Shown here one piece after another: positions 19,011-28,433 of a stretch of 60,372 nt of DNA (position 1 is its first letter; each line of letters opens with the position of its first letter). The position numbers and the translations under genes are program-made. The DNA comes from Candidatus Moraniibacteriota bacterium (GTDB lineage Bacteria; Patescibacteriota; Minisyncoccia; Moranbacterales; UBA2206). Under the pieces are notes generated by a model. The model saw only the letters and a list, made by a program, of their open reading frames with translations. It did not search any database and was not told the DNA's origin. The DNA lies in contig JAAXWW010000002.1 in NCBI GenBank assembly GCA_013334765.1, forward strand, positions 87,453 to 147,824, given 5' to 3'.

Positions 19011-19502
19011 CTAATTGAATCCCGCTTCCAGCCTTCTTTTGAGATGCTCGGCATAGTGCTCCGGATATATGAGCGGCTCTATCTTGAAATTGTGCTCAAG
19101 GCGATATGCGATGGAATATGACTTCACCGGCATATGATCGATCATGACGTCCAGGCAGAGATGGAAAAACAGGCCCAGCGCCAACGCCAGGACGAATGAT
19201 TTCCAGAGCCTGTTCCTGATTATGAGCCCGACAGCGATCAGGATGATGACATATTCCCAGGCATGGAAAAGGATCAACAGGCGATCGCTTTTCAGGAACT
19301 GGTCTCCCCTGTTGAAATATGCCAGGTTGAAATGGAAACCGAAAGTCAGGAAATAGTCGATGAAGTGATCGAGGTCGACCAGGACGCCGCCAAGGATCCC
19401 GGCAGCGAAAGACGCGATCGGCTTTTTCCAGACGCGCCAAACAATGAAACCGGCCAGAAGAGCGGAAAGCACATGAAGGGCAAGGTGAAGCTTGAGACTC
19501 AT
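19011..19502 (-). CDS. Membrane-bound metal-dependent hydrolase-like protein (YdjM/DUF457-like)
   Basis: Four to five TM helices with HLALH and VDLDHFIDY motifs. Confidence 0.5.
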   Translation of the reverse strand: MSLKLHLALHVLSALLAGFIVWRVWKKPIASFAAGILGGVLVDLDHFIDYFLTFGFHFNLAYFNRGDQFLKSDRLLILFHAWEYVIILIAVGLIIRNRLWKSFVLALALGLFFHLCLDVMIDHMPVKSYSIAYRLEHNFKIEPLIYPEHYAEHLKRRLEAGFN

Positions 19503-19670
19503 AGATGTTGTTTAGGACTTATGCGTTTGCTGAAAAAACCTTTTCTCTAGCCAGAAACAGAAAGCAGTTTCTGGAAAGTCAAGACTAAGCCATATATAAC
19601 CCGGAAGCATTCCGCACAGCCTCGCGATTTAAAAGGTTTTTGAGGCGAATGCATAAGTCCTAGTCTTTTT

Positions 19671-19699
19671 AAAAAATAGGAGTTCCAAGCTCCTATTTT
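19671..19699 (-). terminator. Intrinsic terminator downstream of the second B12-radical SAM gene
   Basis: Minus-strand hairpin taggagc-ttgg-aactccta (one G-U pair) followed by T6. Confidence 0.5.
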
Positions 19700-19734
19700 A
19701 TATGCGTTCATTCGATTTTGCAAGCACATCGGGG

Positions 19735-21213
19735 CTATTGGCAGTCCTTGCCGTCTTTTTGGGAATAGTCCATAATTTTCCCGATCCATTTGTGTCCGGC
19801 CTTGGCGATGAATTTCACGTCGTCCAATGAACGGATGGAGATGAGCTTCCTCATGATGAATTGCGGGCTGGCAAAGGCCTTGTAGAGGTCCTGAACGAGC
19901 CCCTTGGCATCACCGGAAGAAAGCGGGGATTTCATGACCATTTCGCGCTGGTCGAAATTCTCATAATCCCTGGTGAGAAGCAGGTCTTTTTCGTCGCAGT
20001 ATCTGTATAGCGGGGTTCCGGGATACGGGATGACGATCGTGCCCTGGAGAGTGTCGACATAGCCCTTCTTGAACAGGCTCTTGGCAAGGCTGATGGTCTT
20101 TTCGGCCATTTCCTTGGTTTCCCAAGGATATCCGATCATGGTCGTGATGTGCGGCTCCAAGCCACCCGCTTTGCACAATCTCAATCCAGGTTCGATCTCT
20201 TCGACTCTGAGATGCTTATCGATGCGATCAAGCGTTTCCTGATTGGCTGATTCCAGGCCGAAAAGGATGAAACGGAAACCGGCTTTCTTCATGAGTTTCC
20301 AGGTTTCCAGCCTTTTTATGCCGGTTATGCGCATATTGCAGCTGATGGTCACTTTCTTGTTGAAGCCTTTTTCGATCATCCCTTGGCAGAATTCCTCCAG
20401 CCATTTCCCGACAGGAAGCGACCCGGAATCCTCCATGATTTCCTTCACGCCGAGGCTGATGAGATTTTCCACTTCCGCGAGCGCTTTCTCGGCTGACATG
20501 GTCCTGAACTTCTTTCCCGGGAAGAATATCGTCCAGGCGCAGAAAGTGCATCTCCCCCACCAACAGTCGCGGGCGCTCATCATATATGCTCCGGGAGTGT
20601 ATTTGAAATTGCCGTTCTTGTAGGCATAGAGTTTCCACTTGGTGAGATCGCGATCGATGAGCGGCAAGGTGTCCAAGTCATGTTTGGAGATATCGGAAGA
20701 GCCGGAATCGGCAATGGCGCCGTTCGCGTCACGGAAATGGAATCCGCCTTCAAGAGGATCGCTCTTCGAGAGATGGTTGGCGAGGTTCAAAAGCATGAAA
20801 TCGAAATCCCCGCCAGTGAGAACGAAATCGGCTTTCGAATTCTCGAGCGTTTCTTCCGGGCGCGCCGTAACATGGTCGCCCATGATGACGATTTTCGCCT
20901 GCGGCAGTTCCGCCTTCAGCTCGTCGATTATCTTCCAATGCATCTTGACTGTCGGCGTCTTGGTTTCGATAGCGATCAGGTCCGGCTTTTCATCAAGGAT
21001 CCTTTTCTTCCAATCCGCATAGCTCAGTTCTTCGGCAATAGCATCGTCCCACATCACCTCGTATCCGTTCTTTTCAAGAAGCGTCGCCGCATAGGCCGGG
21101 ATGACCGGATAGATATATGTCGGGATATTGAACCATTGGAATTGGCGGTTCTGACCGAGGCAAGCAACGCCCTTCTTGGAGACGAGAGGCGGATACGATA
21201 TTGAGATCTTCAT
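19735..21213 (-). CDS. B12-binding-domain radical SAM protein with non-canonical CX4CX2C spacing
   Basis: N-terminal B12-like domain (DLIAIETKTPT, KIVIMGDHVT). The cluster motif is SARDCWWGRCTFCAW, encoded at 20539-20565 and verified from the DNA (TGT TGG TGG GGG AGA TGC ACT TTC TGC). Confidence 0.8.
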   Translation of the reverse strand: MKISISYPPLVSKKGVACLGQNRQFQWFNIPTYIYPVIPAYAATLLEKNGYEVMWDDAIAEELSYADWKKRILDEKPDLIAIETKTPTVKMHWKIIDELKAELPQAKIVIMGDHVTARPEETLENSKADFVLTGGDFDFMLLNLANHLSKSDPLEGGFHFRDANGAIADSGSSDISKHDLDTLPLIDRDLTKWKLYAYKNGNFKYTPGAYMMSARDCWWGRCTFCAWTIFFPGKKFRTMSAEKALAEVENLISLGVKEIMEDSGSLPVGKWLEEFCQGMIEKGFNKKVTISCNMRITGIKRLETWKLMKKAGFRFILFGLESANQETLDRIDKHLRVEEIEPGLRLCKAGGLEPHITTMIGYPWETKEMAEKTISLAKSLFKKGYVDTLQGTIVIPYPGTPLYRYCDEKDLLLTRDYENFDQREMVMKSPLSSGDAKGLVQDLYKAFASPQFIMRKLISIRSLDDVKFIAKAGHKWIGKIMDYSQKDGKDCQ

Positions 21214-21254
21214 GATATTTGTACTTTTTGTAATTGTTTCGTAATCTCGTAGGG

Positions 21255-22250
21255 TTATCTGAATTTGCTTTTTAGCTCTTTGGTGAATAGGAAGCCCTTA
21301 AGAAACATAATGCCATATGCGATATGGGTCAAGAAGACATATACCAAGGCATAGAGAGCCACCGGCATTTCCTTCTGACGCTTCATTATGTCGGAAAAGA
21401 CGATGACCAAAGCGGCGGCATAGGCGATCCAGCCGAAAACATAGAGCGCTTTCACAACAGGAAAGAAAAAGCTCAGGAATCCTCCCAGGAAAACGAACAG
21501 GACGAAAGCGCTCGGAACGAAATAGCGGAAACTGAAGGACGTTTCCGGAAACCTCTTGGCGAAGAATCCTCGGTGAACCCCATAGCCGGCAATCTGATCG
21601 AGGTGCCTCAGTATTCCCGCGCGGCGGTGATGGAAGACGATCACGCGCGGATCATAGAGGATTTTGCTTCTCTCTTTGAACTTGCTGACGATGTCGAGAC
21701 AGAATTTCGTGTCTTCTCCCGGCCAATAGTCGCAGTCGAATCCGCCGATCGTCTTGAAGATGTCTTTCCTGACGGAAAGATTGACGCTCGGCCAGTCGGA
21801 AACGAAATGCTTTTCCCCGACCGGAGCATAGCGCTCGGGAAATCCGCCGGAAAAATGGCTGAGAAAGACCGCGCCGGAGACTTTCTGGAAAAAGCTGTCG
21901 TCTTTGGGCGTGACAGCCGGTCCGCCGACCGCAGCGATCGTCGCGTCGGAAAAATCGCCGTCCAGGATATCCAGGATATCCTTCTCGGGATAGGCATCGT
22001 CATCGATGAAAACCAGGATCTTGCCATGGGCATCGTTCATCGCCATGCTTCTTTTGGCAGCTGGTCCTTGCGGGCTTTCGATCTGCCTGGTCTTGGGCCA
22101 TTTCTCCTTGCTTTCGAAGCCCTTGTCGACATAGATGATTATCTCATAATCTTCCCTTTCTATTTCCAGGATCTTAGGAACCGATTCTCGAACATAGGGA
22201 TTTATCTCATTGACCGGGATTATGAAGCTGTAGTTTATTTTGTGCCGCAT
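21255..22250 (-). CDS. Glycosyltransferase family 2 with C-terminal TM helices
   Basis: YSFIIPVNEINPYV and VFIDDDAYP (DxD), plus about four C-terminal hydrophobic helices. Confidence 0.8.
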   Translation of the reverse strand: MRHKINYSFIIPVNEINPYVRESVPKILEIEREDYEIIIYVDKGFESKEKWPKTRQIESPQGPAAKRSMAMNDAHGKILVFIDDDAYPEKDILDILDGDFSDATIAAVGGPAVTPKDDSFFQKVSGAVFLSHFSGGFPERYAPVGEKHFVSDWPSVNLSVRKDIFKTIGGFDCDYWPGEDTKFCLDIVSKFKERSKILYDPRVIVFHHRRAGILRHLDQIAGYGVHRGFFAKRFPETSFSFRYFVPSAFVLFVFLGGFLSFFFPVVKALYVFGWIAYAAALVIVFSDIMKRQKEMPVALYALVYVFLTHIAYGIMFLKGFLFTKELKSKFR

Positions 22251-22268
22251 TTTGTTTTCCTAGAATGC

Positions 22269-23219
22269 TTATTCTCCTTTTTTTATTTTGGCTTTCCTTA
22301 TGACATACATGGGACGGTTGTTGACCTCCGCATGGATATTGGCAATATATAGCGCGATGAGTCCGAGGCAGATAAGGACTATCCCAATCAGGAAAAGGAT
22401 GATGACAGCCAGGATGGCAGTGCCTGAGAAATAGAACTGCTGGGTGAAATAGCGGTTTATCATGATGAAGATTCCCAGAAGCCCTGAAGCGATGGTGATG
22501 AATATTCCGAGATAACCGGCGACTCGGAGCGGGAAAAGGCTAAGGGACACCATACTGTTGAACGCGAGGCGCACCAATTTGAAAAAGCTATAGCTCGGGA
22601 CGCCATGAAGCCGTTCATTGGCATTGAAATAGACGAACTCGCGGCGGAATCCCAGCCAATCGATGAGGGCGCGCGTCATCCGGTTCTTTTCCGTCAGCTT
22701 ATTGAATTCGTCGATAACCACCCTGTCCAAGAGCCGATAATCGGTCGCCTGCGGGACTATCTTCGTATCGGAAATGCTGTTTATGATCTTATAGAAAAAA
22801 TAGGAACCGAATTTCTTGACCAGGCCTTCCCCCTTGTTGCTTTGGCGCACGCCGATGACGACTTCGGCGCCTTTTTCCCATTTGTCCAGGAACTCAGAAA
22901 TCTTTTCGATCGGATGTTGGAGATCGGCATCGATCATTATGCAGGCTTCGCCTTTGGCACGGTTTATCCCGGCTGTCACGGCGATTTCCTTTCCGAAATT
23001 GCGGGAAAAATCAATGACGGCCACACGCGGGTCGGCTTGGGATATCTTCTCCAGTTCGAGAATGCTTTTGTCGGCGCTGCCATCGTTTATGAAAATGAAT
23101 TCCCAATCATATCCGGAACCAACGACAAAATCCTTTATCTTTCCATAAAGGACAGGGATATTCTTTTCTTCGTTGTATACCGGAACGATGAGAGAAATGT
23201 TTTTTCTTGCTTCTGTCAT
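22269..23219 (-). CDS. Polyprenyl-phosphate glycosyltransferase (GtrB/ArnC/DPM1-like GT2)
   Basis: ISLIVPVYNEEKNI, FINDGSADKS, RNFGKEIAVTAGI and IMIDADLQHP, plus two C-terminal TM helices. Confidence 0.85.
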   Translation of the reverse strand: MTEARKNISLIVPVYNEEKNIPVLYGKIKDFVVGSGYDWEFIFINDGSADKSILELEKISQADPRVAVIDFSRNFGKEIAVTAGINRAKGEACIMIDADLQHPIEKISEFLDKWEKGAEVVIGVRQSNKGEGLVKKFGSYFFYKIINSISDTKIVPQATDYRLLDRVVIDEFNKLTEKNRMTRALIDWLGFRREFVYFNANERLHGVPSYSFFKLVRLAFNSMVSLSLFPLRVAGYLGIFITIASGLLGIFIMINRYFTQQFYFSGTAILAVIILFLIGIVLICLGLIALYIANIHAEVNNRPMYVIRKAKIKKGE

Positions 23220-23223
23220 TTTT

Positions 23224-24495
23224 TTAGGCCGGCTTTTTCTCTTTCATAGACTTAAATACGAAGGGCAAGCTGACGGCAAGCGCCAGGACTTGGGAAAGAG
23301 AGCTTATGATAAGTATAGCAGAAATCGAGTGTCCAAGGAACAGGATAGCGGCAGACGACGCCACAGCGACTGTCATAAGACCATAAACGACCTTGACCCG
23401 ATGCAGCGAGAGCAGGTATTGGAAAGTCAGATTGACGAGCGAGAAAAGCGCTACCATGATGGCAAACCAGCCGAGATACGATGAGACCGCATTGTATTTG
23501 GAACCGAAAAGGATCGAAAGGATGAGCCTCGGAGCCAGGAAATATGCGGCTGCCGAAAAAGAAGAAACGCCGAACACCAGATAGAAAGCGTTCCGGAAAA
23601 GCTTGCCGGTATCCCCTTTCTTGTGGTTGTTTTCCGCCGACATGGAAAAAAGGACGGTCGACATCACCCCGGTGGCAAAGAATATTATCTTGGAAATGAT
23701 GGTCAGCGCGCCGTATTGGCCGGCTTCGAAATCAGTGAGGTTGTGCTTGGCTATGACCATGTCCACGTTGCCGAGAACCGTTATGGCGAGATTGCCAAGC
23801 AGGAACGTCATGACGGTGTTCTTGACCGGACCGAAATCAAGGCTGCTCATATGATGAGAGCCTTTGTATCCGCCTTCTTTGAAAATGAAACGCAAAGAGA
23901 AAAGAGCGATGACATATGTCGCCACCGCGGAGAGGAAGAAACTGAACATGAGACCGTTGACCCCGAATCCGAGCGCGATGAAGGCAAGCGCCGAGATGAG
24001 CTTCAATCCCCCGCCTCCGATGAGAGACCAGCCCGTGGCCTTGAACAGCTGCCATCCATTGAGCATTCCGGAAGTCCCGGCTGAAAACAGGGAAAGCAGC
24101 ATTGAACACCAGACAATCGCCAAAGGAATGTTGCTGTCGAGATTCATGAACCGGCTGATCTGCGGGGTGAACGCAAGCGCCGCGAAAAAAACCACGATGC
24201 CATACGAAGCTATCTTCTTATTGAAATATCTCAAAAGCTCATAGCTCCGCTTCTTATCGTCATGAGCTTTCGATTCGGCGGCATATTTGGTTATGACCAA
24301 AACCAAAGCGGCAGCCGGGACTGCCGTTATGGTCATGAGCGATATCAATGATTCCGTTTCGCCATATACGCTGACACTCACCATTCTTCCGACCACCAGG
24401 TGAAAGACATAGTTCAGGACGTTGTTCACCATCGTTCCGATGAACAATATGAGGCTGTTCTTGGCGAACGGATTGTTTTTGATTTTATTGATCAT
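23224..24495 (-). CDS. Wzx-like polysaccharide flippase (MOP superfamily)
   Basis: 423 aa with about 12 or more TM helices. N-terminus FAKNSLILFIGTMVNNVLNYVFHLVVGRM is typical of polysaccharide-biosynthesis (Wzx) proteins. Confidence 0.7.
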   Translation of the reverse strand: MINKIKNNPFAKNSLILFIGTMVNNVLNYVFHLVVGRMVSVSVYGETESLISLMTITAVPAAALVLVITKYAAESKAHDDKKRSYELLRYFNKKIASYGIVVFFAALAFTPQISRFMNLDSNIPLAIVWCSMLLSLFSAGTSGMLNGWQLFKATGWSLIGGGGLKLISALAFIALGFGVNGLMFSFFLSAVATYVIALFSLRFIFKEGGYKGSHHMSSLDFGPVKNTVMTFLLGNLAITVLGNVDMVIAKHNLTDFEAGQYGALTIISKIIFFATGVMSTVLFSMSAENNHKKGDTGKLFRNAFYLVFGVSSFSAAAYFLAPRLILSILFGSKYNAVSSYLGWFAIMVALFSLVNLTFQYLLSLHRVKVVYGLMTVAVASSAAILFLGHSISAILIISSLSQVLALAVSLPFVFKSMKEKKPA

Positions 24496-24522
24496 TGATT
24501 TCAGAGTAGCGGATTCGGAATC

Positions 24523-25473
24523 CTAAATCTTATAATACTCCTTGTACCAATCCACGAAATTCTTGATGCCTTCTTCTATTCTGGTTGCCGGCTTCCATCC
24601 GAGCTTCCTGAGCTTCTTGATATCGGCGCAAGTCGAAGGGACATCTCCAGGCTGCATAGGCAGCAGGTTCTTCTTGGCTTTCTGCCCGAGATTCTCTTCC
24701 AAGACCTCGATATACCGCATGAGCGTTTCTTCCTTGTCTCCTCCGATATTGTATATCTCGTATTTCGCCGGCTTATCAAGAACGGCAATGATTCCGGAAA
24801 CGATGTCATCGATATATGAGAAGTTACGGCTCATCTTTCCGCGGTTATATACATCGATCGCTTTCCCGTCAAGAATATTGCTAGTGAAGGAAAAAAGCGC
24901 CATGTCAGGCCGTCCCCAAGGTCCGTATACTGTGAAAAAACGCAGCCCTGACACGTTCAACCCGTATATGTGGCTGTATACGTGAGCGATGAGCTCCGTG
25001 CATTTCTTGGTGGCAGCATAGGGGGAAATCGGCGTATCCACCGAATCGGTTTCTGAAAACGGCATCTTCTTGTTGTTGCCATAGACGGAAGAGGAAGAAG
25101 CGAAAACAAAATTCTTGATCTTGTATTTGGCGGACATTTCCAAAAGGTTCATCGTGCCTTTGATATTGACATCCTCATAGAGGAAAGGGTCTTTCAAGGA
25201 ATACCTCACCCCTGCCATCGCGGCCAGGTGCATCACTTTGTCGATCTTCTCATTTTTGAATATGCGTTCCAAGAGTTTCTGGTCGCGGATATCTCCTTTA
25301 TACAGCTTGAAATCATAGCCCTTGAGATATTTTTTGATACGATCCTGCTTCAGTTTCGGATCATAGTAGTCATTGAAATTGTCGATAAGAACGACCTTGT
25401 CCTTGCGATCCATCAGCTTCTTCGCCAGATTCGATCCGATAAAACCCGCCCCGCCCGTGATTAGGATTTTCAT
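24523..25473 (-). CDS. NAD-dependent nucleotide-sugar epimerase (UDP-glucuronate 4-epimerase-like)
   Basis: MKILITGGAGFIGSNL, IDNFNDYYD, YAATKKCTE (YxxxK) and RFFTVYGPWGRPDMA. Confidence 0.75.
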   Translation of the reverse strand: MKILITGGAGFIGSNLAKKLMDRKDKVVLIDNFNDYYDPKLKQDRIKKYLKGYDFKLYKGDIRDQKLLERIFKNEKIDKVMHLAAMAGVRYSLKDPFLYEDVNIKGTMNLLEMSAKYKIKNFVFASSSSVYGNNKKMPFSETDSVDTPISPYAATKKCTELIAHVYSHIYGLNVSGLRFFTVYGPWGRPDMALFSFTSNILDGKAIDVYNRGKMSRNFSYIDDIVSGIIAVLDKPAKYEIYNIGGDKEETLMRYIEVLEENLGQKAKKNLLPMQPGDVPSTCADIKKLRKLGWKPATRIEEGIKNFVDWYKEYYKI

Positions 25474-25476
25474 AGT

Positions 25477-25516
25477 GATTGGTTGGTTAGTTACTTGGTT
25501 GATTAGTTAATTGGTT
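25477..25516 (-). repeat. Five tandem degenerate 8-nt units immediately 5' of the epimerase start codon
   Basis: Plus strand: gattggtt ggttagtt acttggtt gattagtt aattggtt. On the mRNA this is (AACYAAYY)x5 ending 4 nt before the AUG, and there is no SD. Confidence 0.6.
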
Positions 25517-25591
25517 ATTAACTATAGTTCTTTCAGCGAAGCAAATGCGGTTTTATTTTTTGGTTGAGTTATTACTTCTTTAAATTTATTG

Positions 25592-25615
25592 TTGAAAAAC
25601 AGATCTGTTTTTCAA
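25592..25615. promoter_or_regulatory. Perfect 24-bp palindrome (operator or hairpin candidate)
   Basis: ttgaaaaacagatctgtttttcaa equals its own reverse complement. Located in the 206-bp intergenic region. Confidence 0.4.
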
Positions 25616-25679
25616 TCGCGGGCGTATCTCTGTTTTTTGGTTAAGGGATTTCTCCTTAATCCAAAAAATATAACAGCAT

Positions 25680-26882
25680 TCACTTCGCCCTAGCAGCAAA
25701 GCGTTCGATCTTCTCTTTCAGATATCCATAAAACTCTTCATTCCCTTCGCTCTTGGTGGTGTATTTCCTCAGCACTTTGCTTCTGGCATTCTCGCCCATC
25801 TCCTTCCTGAGTTCCGCGTCTTCGATGAGCTTCCCGATCTTTTCAACCCATTCCTCTTTCGTCGCAGCAAGCATGCCGTTCTCTCCGTCTTCGATCGCTT
25901 CGGAAAAAGTCCCGTTCCTAACCGCAACTGTCGGGATCTTCAATATTCCCGCCTCTATGAATTTTATCTCAGATTTCGCTTCGCAGAAAGGGCTGCCGAT
26001 TTCAAGAGGAGCAAGATTGATGTCGATCTTGAAAAGGTTGTCATAATAGTCATCGCGGGAAACCCTCGGCAATACGCCGATCCTGTCATTGAATTCATCC
26101 AATCGGGAGTCCTTTTTGACCGGTCCCGCGAATATGATCCTGGCGTTGGGATATTTTCTCAAGACCTCTGCCAGGGCGTCCGTTATGGTCGCCAAATCCT
26201 TGTCATGGCTCGGCGTCCCGCTGAAATATCCGATACACACCCTCTCGTCCGCTATTTTCGCGCGGGTCGCAAGGACATGATCAGCCAGCTTGATTTCCCT
26301 TTCAGACAGCTTGTTGCGGACAATGAAAGTTTTCTTGCCTTTTTCTTCCAGCTTCTTTGCTAGATATCTCGTGCTCGCAGTCGCGGTCGCGACATACGGA
26401 TCCTCCACTATCTCGCGCCCGACCCCGTTCTCATACCGTTTCCTCTCAAAAGAGCCCGCATTCTTATAATATTCCACCTGGGAAAGATATTTCGGATCGA
26501 AAATCAGATCGTCCGTGTCGAAAATAATCTCTTTTTCAAGTGATTTGATTTTCTTGATTATCCGCGGGACATTCCCGTCAAAAGCCGTGCGATGGAAAAC
26601 GAATATCTTGAACTTATCAACCAGGCTCGGCAGGATCGGGTTCCCAAGAACCGTCGCCGAGGCGCGGAAACCGTGATTCCTGAGCTCTTCAGCCACGTTC
26701 CGCGTCCGATACATCGCGCTGTCGCCTACTCCGCCGGTGATATACAGGATATCGCCGCTTCCCACAATGAACGACTTCAAGAATGTCATGGCATGCCCGG
26801 CCACGATTTTTCCGCCCTGACGCATCCCGTTCCTCTTGATGACGTCAGCTGCCTTTTGAAATTTTATCAAAGCCTGCTTCAT
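25680..26882 (-). CDS. Glycosyltransferase-like protein, GT-B fold (assignment tentative)
   Basis: 400 aa. The C-terminal half IGYFSGTPSHDKDL...IIFAGP...EAKSEIKFIEAGILKIPTVAV...GENGMLA resembles a GT-B donor domain. Confidence 0.5.
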   Translation of the reverse strand: MKQALIKFQKAADVIKRNGMRQGGKIVAGHAMTFLKSFIVGSGDILYITGGVGDSAMYRTRNVAEELRNHGFRASATVLGNPILPSLVDKFKIFVFHRTAFDGNVPRIIKKIKSLEKEIIFDTDDLIFDPKYLSQVEYYKNAGSFERKRYENGVGREIVEDPYVATATASTRYLAKKLEEKGKKTFIVRNKLSEREIKLADHVLATRAKIADERVCIGYFSGTPSHDKDLATITDALAEVLRKYPNARIIFAGPVKKDSRLDEFNDRIGVLPRVSRDDYYDNLFKIDINLAPLEIGSPFCEAKSEIKFIEAGILKIPTVAVRNGTFSEAIEDGENGMLAATKEEWVEKIGKLIEDAELRKEMGENARSKVLRKYTTKSEGNEEFYGYLKEKIERFAARAK

Positions 26883-28300
26883 TGCTGCTGGGTATTTTCC
26901 TGGAATTGAAATTTCAGATCCTGAGTCATGGTCTGATCCTGATCGAATTCGCCATTGGCCGTCTTCAGATGGACATGCACCGGCACATCGCCGACTCCGG
27001 ACTGCTTTTGGATGAGCAGCCGGTAATCGTCCTTGTTGAAATCGGCCGGCAGTTCGTATTTTATGATGACATTGGTCTCTCCTCCGATAAGGACATGCAC
27101 TATGAATCCGAAATAGGTCTTGTTGAATTCATCGGCCGTATTAGCATGGCTCGCCATCTTGGATTCGATGAAATTGGATCCCTTAGGCGCGTAGACGCGC
27201 AGATACGAATGATAGTCGCTGGTGCGCCAATCGCCCTGCGGCGCCGTATTCCTATATAGGATATTAAGCGTGACAGTCGGTTTCTCGGCGGTCAGGTCGA
27301 TATCGTAATTGATCTGCCTTCGCATATAGTAGTCGGTCTTGAGCGCTCCCATGTTGGCATCCACGCACATCAGGAAATCCGAGCCCCAGTCTTTCGTGAC
27401 CTCGCCGTCCCAATGGACGCTCTCGACCAGCTTTTGCAGCTCGGCATCTTTGAAATTGACCATGACGTTCTTCTGCTGGAACTCCTTATGCACGAAATCC
27501 CCCAGTTTGGAGATGCTTCCGATATTGGAAAGTTTCTGAATCAATATGGTCGTGAGGTTCTTCATGATAGCCTTCCTGTTCTGAGTATCGATATCCGGAT
27601 TCATTATATATGCCTTCTCAACGACTTCTTCCAGCTTGAGGAATCCGTCAGTCGAGTTGAATTCGACGTTATATCCCGGAACCGTCACCGGACCGGTTAT
27701 TGCCAAAACGTCATTGAAGGCTTGCGAATTCACGGCTATGACCCCATCGAAATCAGGATTGCCTCCGCTCAGGCGATAGAAATATTCAGCTTTTTCGACA
27801 TTGGTCGGGAAATCAGGAGAGAAGTTGGAATCGCGGAATTTCCAATTGCTCAGCTGCATCATCCTTTTGAAAGGATACGGCGGCGTGATTTTGGCCTTTA
27901 TTCTCTGATCCAAAAGGTTGGCGTCTTCGAAATACGACGAAACCACCGCTCCGTCCTTGATCTTTATGATGGCATATTGCCCCAGGAACCCTCCGCCTGG
28001 GCGAAGCTCCATGTTGTTCTGAAGCAGAAAGAGAAATGTGCGCGTCGTTCCGTCATTCTTAGTGAACGCGTCCGTGAGCTTGCCGATCACCTGGATTTCC
28101 TGCTGCTCGTCATGGGAAACCGGCAAAAACGCTGAGAGCTTCCCAAGCGTCGTGATCGATTTCAGCGCCAGTATTTTCTTATTGTCTTTCGCGAAAAAAA
28201 ATCCGGCGAATAATGCGCCGATGATGATAATCAGAACCGCAACCGTTTTTTTCCTTTTCATCAACAGTTGGAAAAAACCGCCCCCGCTGGAATTACGCAT
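26879..28300 (-). CDS. DUF4012-domain protein (N-terminal TM anchor)
   Basis: FLFLLQNNMELRPGGGFLGQYAIIKIKDG matches the DUF4012 core as I recall it. ATGA overlap with the downstream gene. Confidence 0.7.
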   Translation of the reverse strand: MRNSSGGGFFQLLMKRKKTVAVLIIIIGALFAGFFFAKDNKKILALKSITTLGKLSAFLPVSHDEQQEIQVIGKLTDAFTKNDGTTRTFLFLLQNNMELRPGGGFLGQYAIIKIKDGAVVSSYFEDANLLDQRIKAKITPPYPFKRMMQLSNWKFRDSNFSPDFPTNVEKAEYFYRLSGGNPDFDGVIAVNSQAFNDVLAITGPVTVPGYNVEFNSTDGFLKLEEVVEKAYIMNPDIDTQNRKAIMKNLTTILIQKLSNIGSISKLGDFVHKEFQQKNVMVNFKDAELQKLVESVHWDGEVTKDWGSDFLMCVDANMGALKTDYYMRRQINYDIDLTAEKPTVTLNILYRNTAPQGDWRTSDYHSYLRVYAPKGSNFIESKMASHANTADEFNKTYFGFIVHVLIGGETNVIIKYELPADFNKDDYRLLIQKQSGVGDVPVHVHLKTANGEFDQDQTMTQDLKFQFQENTQQQ

Positions 28301-28396
28301 AAACGATTTGTTTTACTTTATTACTTTGATTGTATTATGGGATCCTCACGATAGAGACTCGGCCCATATCAAGTATTCTATCCAATAAAACGCGGT

Positions 28397-28425
28397 TTGG
28401 CAAAAAAAGCTTTTTTCCTTATAAT
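28397..28425 (+). promoter_or_regulatory. Sigma70-like promoter; predicts a leaderless or near-leaderless mRNA
   Basis: TTGGCA (28397-28402), 17 nt spacer, TATAAT (28420-28425). The ATG of the downstream ORF is only 8 nt after the -10 element. Confidence 0.5.
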
Positions 28426-28433
28426 TAGGGTCA

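Noticed and set aside
21324-22352. 342-aa plus-strand ORF
   Set aside because: It is antisense to the GT2 gene at 21255..22250, which has clear DxD and GT-A motifs, and has no motif of its own. The same reasoning applies to other long antisense ORFs: 6406..7140, 8202..8969, 20680..21204, 22605..23249, 27413..28135, 32653..33141, 39514..40266 and 50929..51507.
25477-25516. Short tandem repeat considered as a CRISPR-like or minisatellite array
   Set aside because: The units are only 8 nt, degenerate and contiguous with no spacers, and no cas genes are present. I report it as a leader repeat, not as CRISPR.
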